Part shown: positions 28,696-41,250 of the stretch, piece by piece
Layout of the letters: each line of letters opens with the position of its first letter
How positions within the stretch are numbered: position 1 is the first letter of the stretch
NCBI GenBank assembly: GCA_964016885.1
Contig: OZ024746.1
Coordinates: 22,134,001-22,198,000, forward strand
From: Eledone cirrhosa
Taxonomy: Eukaryota
DNA length: 64,000 nucleotides
Direction: 5' to 3'
Made by a program: the position numbers and the translations under genes
The notes under the pieces: model-generated
Told to the model about the DNA's origin: nothing
What the model saw: the letters and a program-made list of their open reading frames with translations, nothing else
The model's database searches: none

Positions 28696-28941
28696 ATCAT
28701 CATCATCATTTTTACATCCATTTTTCCATGATTGGATGGGTCCTTTTCAGAACAGCATCCCTCCACTCATGTTCCTTCATCATCTCCTCTGAAGTTTCAG
28801 TGATTTGAGGTCAAATCTCATCACCTCTTCCCAGGTCTTTTTTGGTCTACCACTACTGTGGCTTCCTTCCACTGGGATTCCCTGGCACTTCTTCACCCAG
28901 TGATCATCATCCATGCACATCACATGTCCATACCAATGCAG
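28696..28941 (-). mobile_element. 3' fragment of another RTE subfamily
   Basis: Encodes [19 protein letters not shown]...[10 protein letters not shown] and has a (CAT)n tail. Confidence 0.85.
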
Positions 28942-29040
28942 TATATATATATATATATATATATAAATATATACACACATACACACACATATATATATAT
29001 ATACACACACACATACATATATATGTATATACAGACATAC

Positions 29041-29072
<32 letters not shown>

Positions 29073-30416
29073 ACACATACACACATATATATATACACAC
29101 ATACACACATATATATATATATATACATACACACACAGATATATATAGATATACATACACACAGATATATATAGATATACATACACACACAGATATATAT
29201 AGATATACATACACACACAGATATATATAGATATACATACACACACAGATATATATAGATATACATACACACACAGATATATATAGATATACATACACAC
29301 ACAGATATATATAGATATACATACACACACAGATATATATAGATATACATACACACACAGATATATATAGATATACATACACACAGATATATATAGATAT
29401 ACATACACACACAGATATATATAGATATACATACACACACAGATATATATAGATATACATACACACACAGATATATATAGATATACATACACACACAGAT
29501 ATATATAGATATACATACACACACAGATATATATAGATATACATACACACACAGATATATATAGATATACATACACACACAGATATATATAGATATACAT
29601 ACACACACAGATATATATAGATATACATACACACACAGATATATATAGATATACATACACACACAGATATATATAGATATACATACACACACAGATATAT
29701 ATAGATATACATACACACACAGATATATATATAGATATACATACACACACAGATATATATAGATATACATACACACACAGATATATATAGATATACATAC
29801 ACACACAGATATATATAGATATACATACACACACAGATATATATAGATATACATACACACACAGATATATATAGATATACATACACACACAGATATATAT
29901 AGATATACATACACACACAGATATATATAGATATACATACACACACAGATATATATAGATATACATACACACACAGATATATATAGATATACATACACAC
30001 ACAGATATATATAGATATACATACACACACAGATATATATAGATATACATACACACACAGATATATATAGATATACATACACACACAGATATATATAGAT
30101 ATACATACACACACAGATATATATAGATATACATACACACACAGATATATATAGATATACATACACACACAGATATATATAGATGTACATACACACACAG
30201 ATATATATAGATGTACATACACACACAGATATATATAGATATACATACACACACAGATATATATAGATATACATACACACACAGATATATATAGATATAC
30301 ATACACATACAGATATATATAGATATACATACACACACAGATATATATAGATGTACATACACACACAGATATATATAGATGTACATACACACACATAGAT
30401 ATATATAGATGTACAT

Positions 30417-30465
<49 letters not shown>

Positions 30466-30530
30466 TAGATATAGATATATATACATACACACACACACAC
30501 ACACGCATGCATACATATATCACATACACA
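28942..30530. repeat. TA/CA microsatellite whose central 1.3 kb is a homogeneous 28-bp minisatellite (ATATATATAGATATACATACACACACAG)
   Basis: 28-bp periodicity from about 29126 to 30420. Confidence 0.98.
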
Positions 30531-31906
30531 CATTGACTTGAATGTGTGTGTGTTAGACAATGGGAATCTATGGCAGAAAATAATTGTTGAATGTGCTGGA
30601 ATCATATGGTTGCAAATTGAACTTCTTAACCTCACAGCTATGTCCACATATGCAAATGTCTTTGTCATGAAAATATTAGCTCTGGGTACTCTTCGCTTGA
30701 AATGAAGACTGGATATTTATGATTGGAATGCCTTTGATCATAGGTGTGCTCGTTCAGGGAACACCTACAGCTAATATCTTTGATCATAGGTGTGCATAGA
30801 GAACACCTACAACAAATGACAAAGCATCAATAATAATTTTACAAAAATAATAATAAAAAAACTTAAGATTTTACTACCATAGTATCACTGACTCCTTTGA
30901 AGTCATTGATAAAATGTTTTCTTGCTAAAACAATTTCTACAACAGACCAATCAGTGCAGAGCGAATCTTTCTCTATCAGTTCATTGCTGGTTGTGTTAAT
31001 GACTATAGTAGCTGATCCAGATTAGATTATCTGAAGAAAACTTTAGTTATAATATATTTACATAGTATAGCTAATACAAAGTATTGTGAGATATGTAAGC
31101 AATGACTGTTAAGTTTCAGAAAGCTGGTACAATTTTGTGGAAATATATAAAGGGCAAAGGATGTTTTAATTTACTTGTCATCCTATACCCTTTATATATT
31201 TCTACCACAATGTACTGGCTTTTTGAAACTTAGCCATTTATTATATATTTATATACTTTCATTGTGTACTACAGTATTGATGATATATCAAACCAAAGTG
31301 AAGGCACGTGGCTTAGCAGTCAAAGAATTGGATTTGTAATTGTGAAGTTGTGAGTTTGATTCCTGTACCTGCTTATGTGTTATGTTCTTGAGCAAGACAT
31401 AGTCATCTGATTTGACTTGTCTCACAATAGGACAACTTGTCTAACCCATGCTAGCAGAGAAAAATGGACTTTAAATGGTGATGATGATGATAGTATTTTT
31501 TATCATTGTAAAAACAAATGCAATATTTTGTAGTTGTAAAGTTGCCATTTTATTTATTTTTTTTTATGATGTTGTCATAGTGATGTTTAAGACATTTCAA
31601 GAATGTCTCGCTAATGTGGTTTCATGTAGTACAGGATGTTAAGAATTAAATAAAACACATTTTCTTTTATTCTATGCAGTTATGACCTCAAACAAGCCTA
31701 TAAGTTTAATTGAATTTAAATTTGAGCATGATAATTTAATGAAATAATTATGTACATGTAATTAATAAGTAATGGTTTCTCCCAACACTACTCTGTTTAT
31801 TAGAATTTGCATTTCACTTGCTGTGAGGTAAATATTTCTGATTTCTAACATAATCTCAAATCTATAGACTTTTAGAGAAGGAAATGTATCGAACTGTGAC
31901 AATAAT

Positions 31907-32085
31907 TGTTTCTACTTTAGGCACAAGGCCAGCAATTACCCAGTGCATTACTGGTACTTTATTTTATCGACCCCGTAAGGATGAAAGGTAAAGTCAACCT
32001 CGGCGGGATTTGAACTTGGATCGTAAAGGGACGTAACTATGCTGGAAAGCATGGCGTCCGACCCTCTGCCGATACTGCCAATCCA
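31907..32085 (-). mobile_element. Young full-length Nin-type SINE with a 15-bp TSD
   Basis: AACTGTGACAATAAT at 31892-31906 and again at 32086-32100. Confidence 0.9.
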
Positions 32086-33029
32086 AACTGTGACAATAAT
32101 GTCCATTAGAATGGTATAGATTCTCCTTCAGTTTCAACAATGAATGTTCCAGTTATATATTATAAATACAACCTGCTCATGAAATTAACATGCAAGTAGC
32201 TGAACATTCCACTGGTATTTTTACCTGTACCCTTAAGGCAGGGTTTCCCAAACCTTTTCAAATGTGGAACCCTTTTTGGTTCAGAAACTTTTGAAAGAAC
32301 CTCAAAGTCTAATACTGTTATATGGTCACAATATAAATATACTCCTCTACAATTTTTTTCATAGAACCCCAGACACTCCTTTGTGGAAAGTGTCTATAGT
32401 TATCTAAAAACCTTCCAATATAATTTTAAGTAAGAATCTTTAAGTTATGTTCCAAACATAAGCTTAATAATGAGAAAGTTAATTATATTGTTGGACAGAT
32501 TTTATGGTCAAAACCAACTAACTGGCAGGAGACCTCAGGTTAGCCCCTGAGCAAGATGGTTGCCTGAGCTTGTTTGGTCTCACTTGAGGATCAATTGGAG
32601 ACAGTTGCTTCTGACAGAACCTGTTGGAAGGAGTGTTTGAGGACTGCCCTCATTACCCTCTCAGGAATAAGTGGACGAAAAAGTTATACCATTAAGTTCC
32701 TCCAAATTCTTGATTATTTTCAAATTGATTTAAAAATCATAGTTAGTGTCTTTCATTATAAATATGATAATGAAAAGGTTAAAACTTTGGAAAGACTATA
32801 TTTTTAAATTAAACTCATGTTATGTTTTCTCATGTGTAATATACCTGGATAAAATGGTACAAAACAGTATCTATTTCTTGAAAGGTTTCAGATTAATGTA
32901 CTGTTGATGAAACTCTGTGATATTTCTGTCATTTTCATGAGCATTAGATATATAACTTAGGTAGGCTTGAAATTAAAACTAGGTCATTGGAAAAAAGATT
33001 ACTATCCCTTCCCTTATGAAACTGCTTAA

Positions 33030-33579
33030 CTCTTAATGTCTTCTACAGCATAAAATTACCAAATAGCACTATATGACTGCATAAAATTAATAATAAAAGG
33101 CTTTACTCTAATACCGCAAATTTACACAACAATCTGTCCACCAGTAAACTTACTAGAAACATTTAGTACAAAATAGTATTATGTCTGCACCACATTAAAT
33201 ATTAAAATTTTTACAAAATAACGCTATGATTACATCACATTAAATATTAGTCTTTACTCTATCTGATACTGCAAATTTTTATATCTGTCCAATAGTAAAG
33301 ATACCAAAAACGTTTAGTACAAAACAGTATTATGACTGCATCACATTGAATATTAAAGTTTTTGCTGTTATACTATCAATTTTCACAACAATCAGTGTAC
33401 TAAACAATTACTACAAAGCAACACTATAACTGCATCAAATTAATAATTGATATCTTTACTCTAATACTGCAAATATATTTTAATAACAATCTGTCCATCA
33501 GTAATGATGCTATAAGCATAAGAATTAACAAACCTGTTATTTAGATATGTTCTGCCAAATCATTTGTGGATATTAAGAG
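33030..33579. mobile_element. TTAA-bounded MITE with about four internal tandem subrepeats; fragments at about 9500-9695, 31560-31648, 36930-37020 and 61690-62009
   Basis: TTAA-CTCTTAATGTC ... GATATTAAGAG-TTAA, with repeated CTTTACTCTAATACTGCAAAT...CAATCTGTCCA units inside. Confidence 0.65.
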
Positions 33580-33711
33580 TTAAATGTGTTCTTTGGTTTT
33601 GATTCTGTTTTCTCAGTTGTTCTAAGACAATCACATAGTAACTATTCTATAGTGATATAACAAGATCTCTCCTAGGTTCTAGTGTGTTATAAGATATGTT
33701 CTAAGTTGTGA

Positions 33712-33754
<43 letters not shown>

Positions 33755-33894
33755 AAATCTTTCCTTGAAATAACATATACATATGTTTGTGTATGTGTGT
33801 GTATTATAAATTGTTTTCATTGGACAATTTATATTTGTGTGCATAACCACAAGGATATGGACCGAACATGGAAGAGCCGAACTCCCACTAGGTT

Positions 33895-34038
33895 CATCAT
33901 CATCATTTCATTTTACGTCCGCTTTTTCCCTGCTTGCAAGGGTGGGACGGGAACTGATTCTGGCTTGATTTCTACAGCTGGATGCCCTTCCTAACACCAA
34001 CCTCATTTACAGTGAGTGCTGGGTGCTTTTTTGCCGTG
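33895..34038 (-). mobile_element. Short internally deleted RTE-tail fragment, with a shorter opposite-strand copy at about 43866-43927
   Basis: (CAT)n followed by TTTACGTCCG...CTACAGCTGGATGCCCTTCCTAACACCAACC, shared with 6731-6900. Confidence 0.7.
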
Positions 34039-37038
34039 GGGTCCCTATCATCTCATTTCTACAGCTGAGTAAACTGGAGCAATGCGAAATAAAGTGTCTT
34101 GCTCAAGGAAACAACACATCACCTGGTCTGAGAACTGAACTCACAACCTTTTGATTGCAAGGCCAATGCTCTAACCACTACTCCATGTGCCTCCATAGGT
34201 TGTAGTGGAAAATATGTCCTAGGCTATAGTGTAATATAAGGTTTGTCCTAGGCTGTATTGTAATATAAGATATGTTCTAGGCTGTATTGTAATATAAGAT
34301 ATGTTCTAGGCTGTAGTGTGATATATTTCCTATACTGTAGTGATATAACATGGAGTGTTGTAGGTTGTTACATTGCCCACAATTATGTTGACTTGAGAGT
34401 AACCTTACTATGTTATGCTAACATAATAACTTTTGATTTAGGCACAAGGCCAACAATTTTAAGGGGGGGGGGGGGTGATTAAATCAATCCCAGTGCCTTA
34501 CTGGTACTTTATTTTATCAACTTCAGAAGGATGAAAAGCAAAGATGACCTTGGTGAGATTTGAATTCAGAATGTAAACGGCTGGAACCAATACTACTAGG
34601 TATTTGTCTGATTGTCTAACAAATCTGCCAGTTCACCACCCTGATATAATAATGTTGTAAACACTCAAACAAAATAGTGTTGGCATAAGACTATAAAGGT
34701 GTGTGTTATGGCAGCTCATGAATAATTCACTAAACAACTGTAGAATACTGATGTGTTTATGTTTATGGTGTGTCACTCTCTGTAATTTTTTTAACACAAT
34801 CAACAAATTTTCAGACCTCATTCGTTTATCAACTGGGATGTATCTCTTCAAATCAGATCAAGGAAACAATTTTTCCATAGGTTTTTGCCATTGCTGTTCC
34901 TATCTACTGGTCACAACTCCCGGCAGAAGGAGCAACATGAAATAAGGTGTCTTGCTCAAAGACATAATGCATTGCCTGGTCCAGGAATCAAACTTACAAC
35001 CTCACAATTGCAAACCCAATTCCCTAACCACTCAGTATGTTTTAGAGTAAGTCTAAATACACTGTACTAATCACTAACTTAATTTCACTAACTGAAAATT
35101 CATTGTGAAGAGGTGCAAGTCCAGTACAGAATGAGTGTTTAACTCTTTCATTACTCTATTTCTATTGAAATACATTGCTAATGTGTTTCAATTAATTTTG
35201 AAAATAAGCAAATATTTGGAGGAATTTAATCAAATGACTAATTATTTCTTTAGTAGGCTGATATTTAAAATATTAATTTAAATTGAATAAGATCTCTGCT
35301 GATGCCCAGCCTTTTCCATTCAGATCTTGTCATCGAAGTTACAAGATCTAATTCAATTTTCAAATTCTGCTCACCGTTTTCTAAACATATTTATTTTCTA
35401 TTAATTTAAATACTTTTCTTTATAAAATTATAATGGAATTAGTTTTATATCATAAATGTTTGATGGTTTCAGGCAGTTTGGTATCAAAACAGTTAACTTT
35501 GAAAATAGAGTAACACACTAAAACACCAACCAATTAACTAAACACATACCAGTTTAACTTGATGTAATAGTAGTAGAAGTTATACTCACTTCTTTTGATA
35601 ATTTTATTGCCAGTTGAGATGGAGAATTTAACAGTTGTTAAAATGTCTCATTTTCTATGTCTGTCTATCAGTCTCTCTCTCTTTGTGTTCATATTTCCTG
35701 CTTTTTCTTTTTGTCTGTCTCCCTCTTTGTCTGTCACTCTCTTTGCCTCTCCCTCTCTTTTCCTGTCTATCTGTCTCTATCTTTCTCTCTGTACGCTTAT
35801 CTCTTTCTCTTGAAGAAAGTAGCTGTATTCAGAAATAGTCCCATCAGGTTTAAATACCCAAGACACTGTGTCATTACTGCAATCCTGTGACTGTGAGGAT
35901 TTAGACTCACGACATTGTCAACAGCTCAACTGAGCTACATGTTATTGTGGTTTAGACGAAAGTCAGTTCTGACCAAGCAAGCTCATGACATTGTCAACAG
36001 CTCAACTGTGCTACATATTGTTGTTTAGACTGAGGTCACTTATAACCAAGCAGGCTCATGACATTGTCAACAGCTGAAATGAATTATATGTTGTTTAGTT
36101 CTGATCAAGCAGGCTGAGAGGATATTATAATAGATGAACAGAAAAAGTGTAACACCAATGAAAACATATTCATCATGAGAGGAAGTTTGAGCTTGAGAAG
36201 CAGAAGGGAGTAGGAGGCCTTTGAGCTTGTGTTGAACAGAAGCAATCAATGATATAATCATGAAAGTAGAAGATATTAGAAACAATGTTAATGGCAAAGA
36301 TAAGTAGTCATAAGAGACCTAATCTAAAAGATATAGAAGTAGAGGGGAGATTCTTACATAAAATATGTTCATCGTCTGGAATGAAGATGTCTGAAGCAGA
36401 TTGTCATAGAAAACATAATAAATTTACTCACTAATCAGACATTCTAATCCTAACCTACATAGGACCAACCCTACCTGTAGGAGGTTGATGGCAAAGGTGA
36501 GACTGAATACACATGATCAGGAAAGGAGGTGGAAAAGAAGGAGCTAGAAATGAAGATATAAATATTTGATAAAAAGAGGGATAATATTACTGATGTGACT
36601 GGATTGGAGGGACGAAGGAAGATGAGATTATGAAGTGACAAGTAATAGGATAGTAATTATATAAAAATATATATTAGATAATAAATGTAAAGATCAGACA
36701 GGTGGCCATTATAATAAATAGAATCACAAGAAAAGCCAAAACAAAAAAGACAAGCCAAACAAAAGATATTTTTTTATCTTACATTGCATAAGAGAATAAG
36801 AAAAAAGCTGCCTTCTTTCATTTTGAGTGAGTCAATAGAAATATTTGCAAAGGTGTAGACGTGATTAACCCATAACATACTACAATGATTTAACAGAAAA
36901 TATATAAAAGTGGGGTTCGTTAATCTAAATGTTTATAGTCTCTTTAGTGGTGGACAGATTGTTGTGAAAATTTACAGTATTAGTGTAATCATAGTTTTGT
37001 TTTGTACTTTTCGAAACATGGTATCAAACAAAAGTGAA

Positions 37039-37270
37039 GGTGTGTGGCTTAGTGGTTAGAGAATTGGATTCGCAATTGTGAGGTTTTGAGTTCGATTCCC
37101 AGACTGGCTGATGTATTATGCCCTTGAGCAAGACACTATATTTCACCTTGTTCCTTCTGCCAGGAGTTGTGACTGTTAGATTGTATCAGCATTGGAAAGA
37201 ACAATGGAAACATTGTTTCCATGGTTTGATTTGACGAGTTCTACTCCACTTGGTAAACAAATGAGGTCTG
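37039..37270 (+). mobile_element. tRNA-headed SINE with a Meta/CORE-like domain; copies at about 22129-22267, 31303-31400, 34060-34195 (-), 34800-35032 (-) and 51491-51595
   Basis: A-box GTGGCTTAGTGGTTAGAG, B-box GAGTTCGATTCC and the motif CCTTGAGCAAGACACT. Confidence 0.75.
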
Positions 37271-39349
37271 GGAACTTGTCAGTCAATCGCTTTAAAGTGT
37301 TTATATATATCTGAAAACTTTCCATTATAATAATGTAAGAAAGAGTATTTGTGAAGTTATACTTCAAACACCAACTTAAGGATAAGAAAGTTAACTATAT
37401 TACTAAATCCCTCCAAATTCTTTATTATTTTCAGTATGATTTGCAAAAACATGGGCAGGGTTTATGTTTCATTAAATATATGGTAATGAAAGAGTAAACC
37501 CCACATATAAAGCTTTGTAACTAAATATTGCAAGGAATTCCATCTGCCACCCTACCAATTCTGTTGCTGCTAATAATAATAATAATAAAAATAATAACGT
37601 CAGAGATGCTTGTATAAAATTGGCATCTGATAGAAGTGTATAAAATGCATGATTCTACATGTTGATAGCATAAGAGCAATATAGCAGTGTTGTCTGGATA
37701 GGCGCTGTTTCAAAGGAATGCCACAGAATGCATGAACCTGTAAAAGGATACTAGGGTGTTGGATATACCAGAGATTCCATCTCCATCAGTTAAAAATGTA
37801 ATTATACCTTAGCGAAGCAAGTTAGCTGAAGTTTAACATGTATAGCATGTTATTACTAACTAAGCATAACTATCCCATCTCCCCAGTGTATCTAGAACTA
37901 CATGTATCCAATGTGTTATTTCTATTTTTTTTTTTTTTAAACAGTAGTGTGACATTTGAGGGAGATATGGCTGCTATTTCTAGCAGGTTAAGCAACCATA
38001 TAAGGGCTACAATGTTGACTTTTATAAGAAATGTATTAGTTTGGAACATACCTTTACAAAAGTTTTTATATAAAACTATATAAATATAAACTTTAAAATG
38101 AGAGGTTTAGTATCAAAATCCTAGGCAGTTTCAGCCAGTTTTGTATCAAAAGGGTTAAAAAGACATGTTTTAGTTGTTGTTCCTTTTCGTTCCCCATAGA
38201 TTGGAAATAAATGAAACTTTAAGTTGTGGAGCGTAAAGGGATATAAAGCAGTGTCATGTTGATAAAGAAGGTAGGGACTGTCAGATGGATGTTTTTGTAA
38301 AACCCTTAGAGGGTTCGAAAAAATGATTGGAATCCTTGTTTTGATAAGACCCATAAACATATCAAAGGAAGACAGGAAAAGGAACAAACAAACAAAAGAG
38401 AGATATTATGTTTCCATGACAAGATTACCGATGTTCCTTTTCAGTGTTCTTCTGTTGAAATCTTCAGAATAATTCCTTTAACAGACCCCACATAGTTTAG
38501 GATTTACCTATTTGTCATTCCCTATGTTAATTTTAAGGCAGCAAATTGGCAGTCATTAGAATGTCAAATAGAATGCTTTGCAGCATTAATTACAGGACAA
38601 AAACAAATATTTCAATTTTATCATCTTTTTCTTCCTCTCCTTATTCATCTCTCTCTGTCTGTCTGTCTCCCATTTTGAAAATAATCAAGGATTTGAAGGG
38701 ATTTAATGATATAACTTTCTTTTCTAACACCATCACTGATTTGTATGTGCCCAGGACCAGATTTAGATCTTGGGGGTGCCCAGGGCAGTTCAGGTTTGGT
38801 GGACCCCACATATACAACATGCACACACATACACACTCGTATGTATGCATGTATGCTGCCCCCCCCCCCCCCCCCCCATCCCAATAAATCTGACTGTCTG
38901 TGTCTGTGGTATTAAACCCTTTTGAGACTGATCTGAAATTGCTCTGGTGCTATGAAAGAAAATTGTTTATTTTAAAATATTTACATTTATCTAAAAACTA
39001 TTCGGCATATTTTTATGTAAAAAAAACTTTGTATTACTAAATCCTCCAAAATTGATTATTTTTTAAAATCAGAGGCAGTTTTTTTTGTTTTTTTTTTTCA
39101 TTAGAAATATAGTAATCTCTCAAAATTCACTTTTTTTCTTGTTTGCAAAAAAGGATGTTTGAAAAGTCAGAGCTAACTTTTTATAGCATAGAAACTTATC
39201 TTATTTTTCAAATGTTACCAACTGTATTTTGCTGATGCAGAAAATCACTAATACTGTTAGTAGTAGTAGTCATGGTAATTGTAGTAGTTTTTGTTATTTG
39301 ATGAGTCAGCCCTGATCAAGTTGACACACACACACATATACACAACACT

Positions 39350-39393
<44 letters not shown>

Positions 39394-39724
39394 TAATAAA
39401 TACACAAAAACCTACAGAAGAGCACCACTTTGTGGTCACTTGACCAGCTAAAAGTAGCAACCAAATCCCTCAAATGAAAACCTATTATCTTAAAACAGGA
39501 GATACACCCTAGATAATATGGACCTCGCTGTGTAGTTCCTGAGAGAAAGGTGCGCTTGTCATGGTTGAACTGGTCTTGATCACAGGTCTACTGAGTCAGG
39601 GTTCAGCTAGGGTTAATCAGACACAACCAATTACACACATTTATATATATATATATATATATATCATCATTTTAATATCAGCTAAAACAACGATGATGAT
39701 GATGATGATATATATATATATACG

Positions 39725-40021
39725 TACATACATACATATATGTATACAGACGTACAGTAGTATGTATATATATACATACATGAAATTTCGTTTCATTTTA
39801 TTCCATTTATCGTTTTCGGTGCGCCCAGCCGACTAAACTCACTTGATATGCAAATTAGGCTGCTCAGCCGTTAATATGCATAAGGAAAGTATATACTTTC
39901 AGACGTTCAATCACCTGGCGTGGTTGCCTAAACACTGTATGGCGTAATTCGGGCGGTTTGTTTGTTTACAAACAAACAAACCGAGCATTATAATAAATGT
40001 TTGGTAAACCGATACGTGCAT

Positions 40022-40078
<57 letters not shown>

Positions 40079-40146
40079 CATGTATGTATATATATATATA
40101 TATATACATACTACTGTACGTCTGTATACATATATGTATGTATGTA
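39725..40146. repeat. 50-bp perfect inverted repeats flanking a CpG-rich core
   Basis: 39725-39774 is the exact reverse complement of 40097-40146 and includes the non-microsatellite sequence CAGACGTACAGTAG. Confidence 0.85.
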
Positions 40147-40350
40147 TACATACATACTTACATTTAAGTAACTGCTGTCGGGTGCCAATTCCTTCTAATA
40201 TAGGCAAACACTACTATCCCAAGTATCGAGTATTCTGTTGAATAATAAATATATATATATATATATATATATAACAAAGAGAGTGTGGTAAGATACTGGG
40301 TGGACCATAATGTACCAGAGTACTCAATACTTAGGGTGGTAGAGTGGGTA

Positions 40351-40473
40351 ATAGGAAAAGAGTCAGGACCCCAACGGCTGAGCTCCGGCCGTTTCGACAG
40401 CTAGATCCTAGTTCGGATCTAGCTGTTGAAATGGCCGGGGCTCAGCCGTTGGGGGTCCTGACTCTTTTCCTGT
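40351..40473. repeat. 58-bp GC-rich hairpin with a 6-nt loop
   Basis: Arms at 40351-40408 and 40415-40473, loop TAGTTC, four G-T pairs and one bulge. Confidence 0.95.
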
Positions 40474-40625
40474 ATGTATGTATGTATGTATGTATGTATG
40501 TACATGGATGTGTGTATGTATGTATGTATGTATGTATGTATGTACATGGATGTGTGTATGTATGTATGTATGTATGTATGTATGTATGTACATGGATGTA
40601 TGTATGTATGTATGTATGTATGTAT

Positions 40626-41250
40626 GTCAGGTCACCAGTTGGTGCTACTGGTAACATGTATCCCAGTACAACCTGTCTCATGGTCGGGTCGTTGGCGACT
40701 AAACTGGCAACCCCACCAAGGTTTCTTGGTGAGGAGGGTGACTTTGGACATCCTGCAGGACTAAAAACAAAACCTGTTAAAGGGCAAAGGAGCTCTTAAG
40801 AGTCAATGGCCATCCAAAATCACCGGGAGAGATGACCCCTTAGCCTTTGTCAAGGCAGAATTCTAGGAGAAGGAAAACTCTGATATAACACCTGCAACCC
40901 TGATGGTATCCAATGATGTTGACTTGTTCTTCTTTTTGGTAAATATCATCTTGGTTAAGGGAGTGGGGCTGGCTTTGTGCAGTGCCTTTGCTCACTATAA
41001 AAGCTTCACAGCACAAGCATTGCTTTATATCTGGAGATCTCTCTGCACTTGTCATCACATGTACCATGGGCCCAGCACTATATGTCAATAATGGTCACAA
41101 GTGGGGTATTTGTGCCAGAGTTTTCAAGTCGCTGGCTGGACTAAAAAGTCACACTCGTTCAGCGCATCGGTAGGGGTTCTCCTACATGGATATAAAGTAG
41201 TGGCCGTACTCGAAAACGAGTTGGCAGCCACCATGTATGTATGTATGTAT
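40626..41250 (+). mobile_element. Bipartite non-autonomous RTE-type element: 5' UTR head plus 3' zinc-finger remnant plus (ATGT)n tail
   Basis: The head carries CTAGGAGAAGGAAAACTCTGAT (40863-40884) and matches other copies in the window. The 3' part encodes ICARVFKSLAGLKSHTRSAHR-stop. ACATGGATGTGTG occurs on both flanks. Confidence 0.6.

Noticed and set aside
28780-30668. Three minus-strand ORFs of 540-582 aa
   Set aside because: Read-through of the 28-bp minisatellite. Only the last 45 or so residues of one ORF are real RTE remnant.
32239-32395. hAT-like ends (CAGGGTTTCCCAAAC; similar starts near 38752 and 51900)
   Set aside because: The partner TIR and 8-bp TSD could not be confirmed by eye.
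37039-37110. Possible tRNA genes (also near 22130, 31303 and 50895-50960 on the minus strand)
   Set aside because: A and B boxes are present but the cloverleaf pairing is broken and most copies run into SINE bodies.
40630-40770. Canonical HDV-like ribozyme call
   Set aside because: A P1-like helix and a CUAA exist, but P3, L3 and P1.1 cannot be formed. Kept only as an unclassified structure candidate.
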